From: Corallochytrium limacisporum Hawaii
Lineage: Eukaryota > Protista > Pluriformea
Direction of reading: 5' to 3'
DNA: 63,980 bases
NCBI GenBank assembly: GCA_002811645.1
Contig: PDIP01000130.1
Coordinates: forward strand, 77,889-141,868
The position numbers and the translations under genes were made by a program. Below the pieces are notes generated by a model. The model was not told where the DNA came from. It did not search any database and worked only from the letters and a program-made list of their open reading frames with translations. Positions 56,101-63,980 of this stretch are shown here, piece by piece; positions within the stretch are counted from its first letter, which is position 1, and the number at the start of each line of letters is the position of its first letter.

Positions 56101-57853
56101 AGGACTAGCAGAAAGAGGAAACACTCGCCCCGCAATAGATGGTGTCTTTAGTTGGTCGGGGCCACATTGTGGTACTATGACCTTTAATGGTCTTCGGTGT
56201 ACTTTGTCTCTGACTCTTTTTCTTGCACAGGGTCTTTGTCCGTTGCGCTGCCTCCGGTTTACTGGTGTCTTGCATTTAGATTCCTGGAAACCATGAATTG
56301 ATCTCCAGCATTCTCTTCAGAAGATTAAGTATGGCAACGCGTCCGAAGACTAACACAGCACCCTCCCTTTCGGGGGGTTGGGCAGAAAGATGAATCACGA
56401 ACACAAACGCAAGCTGGACGCGCGGAGGGGTGATATGGGTGTCCCGCACCTGCCGATTAGCGCGCCCTTCCGTGGAGGGTTTTTAAATAGATGACTTGTA
56501 CTTACAGACATCCTCATCAAGCCTAGTGGACTCGAACGTTCCAGTTTGTTTTTGCACACAATCTTAGGGAAGAAGATGGGCACGGTGACCAGACCTCGTG
56601 ACTTTCTCAGTGCGTAGTACTCAATGTACGAAAGAAACCTCGGCGTGACTGGGCGGGTTACACACAATTGCCATCATCCGCGCCATGGGCGCGCACTTCA
56701 GTCTTCTTATTTATGGAGATTTTCCCATAAATGATATACTGTGCGCGGTGACACATCATGTCGATGACCAGGCGTGTAAGGGCACTTCGCTCGGGTCTCC
56801 CTGCGCAATGCTCACCGACGTTTACAGTGATGAGCTCAGACATTTTCTGTCGACTGTCAGCAGACAGATTCGCCCCGTGGAGAAGCACGCAGCGAGCGAT
56901 GTCTCACACACTGAGAATGAATACTGGGAACAATTTGGTAATATTTCTATGGGTTAGATTTACATGCCTTTCCTATAAACGGTCACACAAAGGGGGAGTC
57001 AGGACATCCCGAATCACAGCCAGCAGCCCGCCAGCCAGTCACCCGCTAAAACCTCGTGATTTTCGGTCTGGTTGCCGTGTCAGTGACAGCAGAATAGGTC
57101 TGCTGTCCCTGCCGCATACGCTGGCCGAGGGCAGCTTTTTGGGAGAGGCGCCGTACAAACACCTGCGAGAATTGGTTCAGCAGTAGATCCGCGGTTTGAT
57201 TTCCCCCTTTCGGTTGGATGCTGTGAGTTGCCGTGGTGAAGCAGTGCTACTTCAATCCTCTGTGCATACGCACTTAGTCTTCATTTGAACCTCTTCAAGT
57301 ACTGTTTGGGTTGTTTGAATATGGAACAAAGTGTGGAACGAAAAGAACAGAACATTAGAGATGCCGTTGTCAAACTATAGTTTGGCGTTGCTTGAAATGA
57401 CGTGTGTGTTTACTATAGAAACGGCCAGATTGCGTACCAAGCTAAAGGGTGGCCGTACGGTTGTTTCGTTTCCGTCCAGAGGTGTGTACACGGGTGCACT
57501 AAGTCCAGAGCGCACTGATCGCACACTTCATTGGAAACGTAATAGATGTAAGGTATTGATTTGATTTTTCTCGTCCACGAGCAGTGGACGCCATGTCAAT
57601 GGCCGTTCACACAGTACTGCTCAGCAGTTTGTAGTTTGAGCTGATGTATTCCTTACCGTGTGACATCTCTTTAAACTTAAACGTGTCCGCATCTGTCTGA
57701 AGATCGAATCGTCATATCCAGTCATCTGTTCAATTATCTGCGCGATCGAGCGGTTTCATTCTCTGGTAGGGCGCTGGATGGTATTCATTCTGAGGAGCCA
57801 AAACGACTTGTTTGGCTAAAAAAAATCATATGTTTCCATGTCGGGAACCCATC

Positions 57854-57889
57854 CGGAAGCGTACGGAACAATTCGGAAGCGTACGGAAC
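57854..57889. repeat. Tandem duplication CGGAAGCGTACGGAAC x2 (20-bp period)
   Basis: Copies at 57854-57869 and 57874-57889. Confidence 0.9.
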
Positions 57890-60800
57890 CCGCCCCCAAA
57901 GAATGCGCATCAGTCAACTTTCGTGTGCACCTCCGCACCAACTACAAACAGCACTACCAATTCCAGGTATGGAATACAACGGAGCAGCAGAATCCAGGGC
58001 GTGCATGTTGGCACCATGCTCATTGACACTGACAAGCGAAACAGAGACAATTACATCCCAAATGATGAAACTCAAAGCTACTTGTATGGCCCTGCGAGTG
58101 TATTTGTCCTTCAATTACACTGTGCCACACATCAATCCAGAGCATCGTCAACATGCATCGCTTGCGTAGCCGATTTTCGGTTTGAACGGCTCAATACAAA
58201 ATACACTACATGAAGGACCACACCACATGCGCAATAGACTCGGCCAAAGTAGCAGGCACCGTACCGATTCTGTGCCGGCCAGCAATCATTCACGCCATGG
58301 CAGTTCGCGAGAGGCGTATAGATCCGCCCGCTCATCGCCGACGGATACTTAAAGAATGTTTGGACGATTGGTCAGCGATGTGTGTAACTGATCGCCAATG
58401 CGATGGCTCGCACACTGATACCTTATTTCCAGCAAAGTGATGCGACTGCTACTGATTACATACTGGCAACAAACCGCTTCACCAATTTCCGCACCATGCA
58501 CACATGCCTTACAGTTTCTCTGCATGCATTATAAACAAACACTATGGGAATCTCTAATTCGCTTTACTCGATGTGAATGGGGACGTTGACATCAGCATTC
58601 ACCATTTTCTCTTATTTTGCGGGATAGATGGAACATCTGATGTGGGCCGCTCAAAACTACAGTGTTTCTGTCAAATATTCTTTCCTATCCATCGCTGTGA
58701 GCCGAGGGATCGGCAGTATCTTTTGGCAACGGCCAAGCCCCTTCATTTTGTTCAAGTTTTCAGGGGTAACGACATATAGTGCACCTATCGGTGTTTTCTA
58801 CACATATTTGTTTTTTCTTTTTCAAAGTAACTGTGAAGACCTAGGAGAAGTCTTGGTCGGGGCCCAGCGGGTGCAGTGATTCAAACGTGAATTCTCTTCA
58901 TCATACATTTTGTATAGGGCTTCCCTGAGTTAATTCTTATCAGTTCCTAAAGCAGGAAGACGCCAAAGCGGAAACACCTAGCGACCCCCTTCAACTGCTA
59001 TCGCCCACTGCGGTATTGGTACGCAGTGTTCACAGTGGGGCACACCGATGAAGAGTCGTCACAATCACCCTCAATATGGTCAAAAGGACAACAGGGGGCA
59101 CTGCGCAATACTTAATGAACGGCGGTGATACCCCCCTGGCCAATGCTCTTGAGGAGCGGTACTGTGGACGGGCTGTCGCGGGCGATTTTTGTAACGGTCC
59201 CCGGTCCCGTATTTCCGTTTCCGTATTGCTCACTGTGTTGCTGCCTCCCCTCTCTTTCTTGTTCATCTCCTTCGGGATCGTAGACCATCCTGGGTGACAG
59301 TAGCCTCTGAGCACACACCCAAACTTACATAGGCGTAGTAGTAAATGTCTGGGCCACAACCGTAGAGGGGCTGCCCCTCTTTCTTTTTCGACACTACCAA
59401 AGACGGTCCTGTCATTGCCTTAACCTAGCACAGTGACTGTGTATGGTCATTGATTCCAGCGGCAGCTGGTGATCGCTTACTTCGTTTCTTCGTTACGCAG
59501 ATTTTGGTCGGGCTTAGTTGGGATTCTCCCGAGCGGTCCTTTCTCGTTGTCTCGTCCGATTTTCCAGTCTTCGTGTACAAAAGGAGAAACGCTGCAGGGA
59601 CAAAACCTCGTGCTTTAGCGGCTGTACTGGATGCGTAGCTGCGCTGCGCGCGGTTTGTTTTATCCCGTTCGAATGGTGATTCCCGGGACGTTGTGTGTTT
59701 GTGTGTATGCTTTTCTTCCGGTCGGATCGTTATGGACCTGAAATGACCATTGTTGACGGATGTGGTCCTGGTGCCTAAGTCCGCGGGGTGGCACGACTGC
59801 TGTGGACTAGATCCAACGATGTACATCTTAAAGGAATTCCATCTGTTCACACATATACCCTCACAGCCTCTCAATTAGGGTGTATCCCACCATGGATTCT
59901 TATCGGCCAAGTGCTCCAGCTGCGAACAGAAACACCACACAACGAATGGACTGTGCCGGAACCAAACCATGTTCGACCATGTACGGGGCTTACTTACGAC
60001 ACTTACAGCGTCTGCTACCCGCAGGTACGGTTGGGCTCCTCCTACACTTTCTCCTTTTCGAAATTGCCATCTGACTGTGTTGATGAGACAGTGGCTTGGA
60101 TACGAAGGAGGATCGGCATGAAAAGGCATTAATTCTATGTAACACGGTGTTGAAAAGCAGTCACCCAGGCGGGGACGTTTGTTGCGGATGCGAGGAGCCC
60201 ATTCGGGCATGGTTCGCGTATTCACCCTGTCCACATTTACCCTTGAGTGGAGGAGCTCTAACCCAACGACTCCACCTCGGCCCAAGCATAGGGACAGGCG
60301 GGGCTCGAGCGTTAGTGTTGTTTTCCCTGTTCTGGTTTCCTTCCGTTAGTATACATGCTATCTCGGCACGCCATCGTTGTCCCCCTTTGGCTTGTAGGCG
60401 ATGCCAACTGGTGGGCCTAGCCCTGTACTAGGTACGAGTAGGATGTTTTCATGACGGGGAGGTGGCCATCGTGCCGTAAAACGCTGGAAAGTAACCTTGT
60501 TCGCTTATCGGTGTCATCGTGGGCCGAAGTACAGACATGTACACACATCATCACGGCGCACCCATCTGCCAAACTGGGAGAGGTTGGAAGACCCATGCAC
60601 AGTGCTGTTCTAGGTTCGGTTGATGTGGTAGTGGGATCTGCTCCAAGGTTCCAAATTGCTCGGGGAGATATGTTCAGTCGTTGCTATACTAAGGCTTGTC
60701 TACCGTTCGCATGTACCGATGTGAAGCCAAGACAACAGGCACCCAGAGACAAAGGAAAACAAATGGTGTACTTTCTGACTGCACACTAGACACACTTGTC

Positions 60801-61726
60801 ATAAAGCGCCATAGTTTTTGTTTCTGTTTTCACCGACGTGAGAGACGTGATAGATGGATGGAGCGGGGCAAAATGAAGAGGGTGGCGAGCGTCGTCGTAG
60901 AGGGGCATAGGATAGCCATATGTGTCACGTTGTGCAGATCCGAGTTCATCAATAGAAGATTCTGCGCAAGTTCAATTGCGCAGAAAAGAAAATCAAATTT
61001 GCTCAGCCCAAGCGCCACGCCAAGACGCGTATCTTCATAGTTGGCAGCACATCGCTGATTGCTCGACGAGTTGCGTTTGTATGCGTTGTCATTCTGCATT
61101 ATGTGCCTATCTGTCGGAGTGCGCTGCTCAGAATGGCGTTCCTACTGTATGTTCACGACAGGGCCTGGTGTGCACACATCTTGTTTTAATGATATGAAGG
61201 TTTCGGGATACGCAACCGAAGTTCGGCCGCTCCAAGCCTCTTTCCTTCTTCGTCCACAGCTCGGCTCGGTCTCCTCCCTCTCCTACGGACCTTCCGTTCC
61301 TTCCGTTCCTTCTTCCTCGGCGCAACCTCTTTAGCCGCCCCGTTTCTTCAAAATCACGAACAACAGGAGCACACCTAACACCACTGCGCAACTCCAGTGC
61401 CATTGCGCGCGTCACGTTAGCCACCGATTAGACGCGCGCCCAAGCTACACCTCACCGCGTAGGTGTAGGTGAACCACCGGTAACAACACCGAGGTATGAT
61501 AACCGAGTCACAAATCCGCACTGAAACCCTCTTGTGGTTCGGTGGTGCCTTTGCATAATTAAGAACGTGCAATCATTTTACCAGGCACAGTGGGTGTTCC
61601 AGCATCCGACGCAGGCCGGTTGTTTGAGCAAAACCCAAGCCAAAACAACCCCCCCCCCTTCTCTAGCCTTTAGCATTGCGCAGAAATTACCGAATAAAAT
61701 GAATTCCCCCCCCCCCTCCCCCGGGG

Positions 61727-61807
61727 GGGCTTCCTGCACGGCGCTCGGTGACCGATCTCGAGAAAACTCGTGTTTCCGATTTTTGGGGGGTTTTGCCAAT
61801 GTTGGCG
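61727..61807. repeat. 81-bp dispersed direct repeat, copy 2 (truncated by an N-gap)
   Basis: Identical to 53059-53139. Confidence 0.9.
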
Positions 61808-63890
61808 NNNNNNNNNNNNNNNNNNNNNNNNNNNNNNNNNNNNNNNNNNNNNNNNNNNNNNNNNNNNNNNNNNNNNNNNNNNNNNNNNNNNNNNNNNNNN
61901 NNNNNNNNNNNNNNNNNNNNNNNNNNNNNNNNNNNNNNNNNNNNNNNNNNNNNNNNNNNNNNNNNNNNNNNNNNNNNNNNNNNNNNNNNNNNNNNNNNNN
62001 NNNNNNNNNNNNNNNNNNNNNNNNNNNNNNNNNNNNNNNNNNNNNNNNNNNNNNNNNNNNNNNNCCCCCCCCCGCCCAACCGCCATAACCACCGAAGTCG
62101 GAGCTTTGGGTGTTAACGGCTTTCTCCAGTTCGCCGCAATTGCAGAGAGGAGGGGGGCAATCGCTAGAGCCCGTGTCAGCTTGTGGCTCCTAAACACAGC
62201 AGGATTTTATTGAAATACCAACCGGCCTACCGATCGGCTCTGCGGTGAATTGCAGCGCATTTTGTTCCGCTGCAGGACTATATCAAGCGAGAAAACCATG
62301 AGAACCCACAGAAATAGCACAACTGAGGTTTCTCGGTTTGGAGCAAGGCGTGATTTAGCATATCTACTGACCGCACGGAAATTGAGCTGTGGGATCGCGG
62401 AATCAGAGCCGATACAGACGAAGCACGATCGAGCAGGCGAGAAAAGCTGCGCAACAGACAGCGGAGGAGCGAGCAGCTCCTCGATCGCTGCCTGCAGACG
62501 TCGTTCAACTATCTGGGTGCAGGTGAATCTCACATTGAGGTCGCAATGTTATTCAAACTATGAAATTTGAAAAGAGGAGAGAGGCTTGGTCGTTCCCAGT
62601 CTTTCCAAATCTTCTTTGCCACCATTGGAGTCCTCCATCTCCTCCTCCTTCCCGGCGCAGGCCTCGATGTCTCTTTGCGTACGCTCATCTCCTTGGCTCG
62701 GCAATGTACTGTAGGCCCATGGACATGAAGGCCATTTCCTGCGGGAATGGGTAGGTGTTCCCAATGGCTTGGGTTGGCGCTGGCAAGCCTAAGTGTGTGT
62801 ATGATGCTGCCGCAATTTTCAGCTCTCGTAGGCTTTCACTGACTCACCGCACCAACTCAGCTCCTCATCCTCAAATAGCCGTGCAAAGAAGCCATCAATC
62901 GAGCCCACGATGCAAAGCCGGTGCCTATTTGTGAACCCATTGTGGATGTCGGATGGACACTGACACGCTGTAGACACTCACACTCCGGGGCACACCCCAG
63001 CTGTTCTCATTGTGGTGTGCTGCAGGTTTTAACATGATGCTGAACGTTGTCGGCTAAGCTGGGGCTCCTATTTATCACTACCTCACCCAACATAATGCAT
63101 CTTTGTAAACTTCGCCTTTACAAGTGTAATCGATCCAGCGGTCACTAGATACTGCAGTTCTCATGGGCAAAATATGTAATCAAAGGAAGGGGCACACCTC
63201 CCCTTCGTCACCACCCGTGCTCACTCCAAACCTCGAAAGTGATCTATTGATTAAATTGTCATGGATATTTTATTAATATGCGGAGTGCTGTGAAATGTTT
63301 ATTTCTCCAGCCCTCTGCGCTGTTGTTTGCAGGCGGCAGTAGTCATCCCCTAACCACGGCGGGTGGAGGTAGTACCCAAGGGGCCAGGGACCGGTGTGTC
63401 CCCTCCAAACACACAGTATCGGGTCTGTGGAAAGGCATGACCATCATCTCACATACAGCAGGGCAGAAGCACGAATTCTGCTGCATCCAGGAATGGCAGC
63501 AACTGATCGCGGGTCTGTAGATGTCCTGCGGTCGCACACAAATTGGTGACCAGCAGCATTAAAACACCATTTCGAAATGTCCTACCAGCCATTCCGGATT
63601 TGCGTATTCCATGGCGGTCTGAGTCGTACCAACCTGTGCGACGGGCAACATTGGCCCTACCGACTGCAGACATACATACTACCATCCGCAAGTATTCTGT
63701 TTGCTGATGGGTATTTCGTCATCCTCCGAGATCGGTTGCCAGAAGGGCACGGTGAGCCATACATCCACTCACTTTTTCGCATACAGCCCCCCGCAGCAAG
63801 GTTGGCCGCTGCCTATTTCTATACCCCACTCGCCGTTGTCAATGTACGTGCACACAGACCCAAGGCGGGTTGGGGGACCCCACCAAATCG

Positions 63891-63931
63891 ACACACACAC
63901 ACACACACACGCACACGCACACACACACACA
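63891..63931. repeat. Imperfect (CA)n microsatellite
   Basis: Directly visible. Confidence 0.9.
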
Positions 63932-63980
63932 CCCCATCGGTGGAATAGTTTGCTAACAACTACTCTCCTCTCTTCCCCTC

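Noticed and set aside
56827-56914. GTGATGA...CTGA as a C/D snoRNA
   Set aside because: No terminal stem and no recognisable rRNA guide.
59112-59318. LLKSIGQGG as a kinase Gly-loop; also ICVFHGGLS (~63598) and LIYGDF (~56706)
   Set aside because: Isolated short look-alikes with none of the other family motifs.
1-63980. CRISPR array, rRNA, intact transposon or retroelement, or alternative genetic code
   Set aside because: No repeat-spacer array, rRNA or intact RT/integrase/transposase ORF was seen. Conserved genes end in TAA, TAG and TGA under the standard code.

Overview
Eukaryotic nuclear DNA from a gapped draft assembly, with 9 N-gaps that are mostly flanked by G/C homopolymers. It holds about 14 single-exon protein genes and one tRNA-Ser(GCU). 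Recognisable genes are a START-domain protein, a CTDSP/SCP-type phosphatase, prefoldin 3, RPS26, a CEP97-like LRR/coiled-coil protein, a P5A ATPase, LSM12, PI4KA and PEX11-gamma; four more ORFs are orphans. The PI4KA kinase domain, PEX11G and CEP97 look animal-like, yet even the 6.7 kb gene has no intron. This points (inference only) to an intron-poor unicellular holozoan such as a Corallochytrium-like organism. The main points of interest are: (1) an RPS26 that lacks three of its four zinc-ligand cysteines and resembles, from memory, the green-algal form; (2) an orphan, transcription-factor-like gene in a ~20 kb gene desert with a recurring (AAACCT)CGTGATT motif upstream; (3) several heavily decayed Mutator-like transposase remnants read by eye across frameshifts; and (4) a P5A ATPase whose C-terminus seems not to be of the opisthokont type. 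No complete novel multi-gene system can be demonstrated from the sequence alone, and all family assignments were made by eye without database searches.
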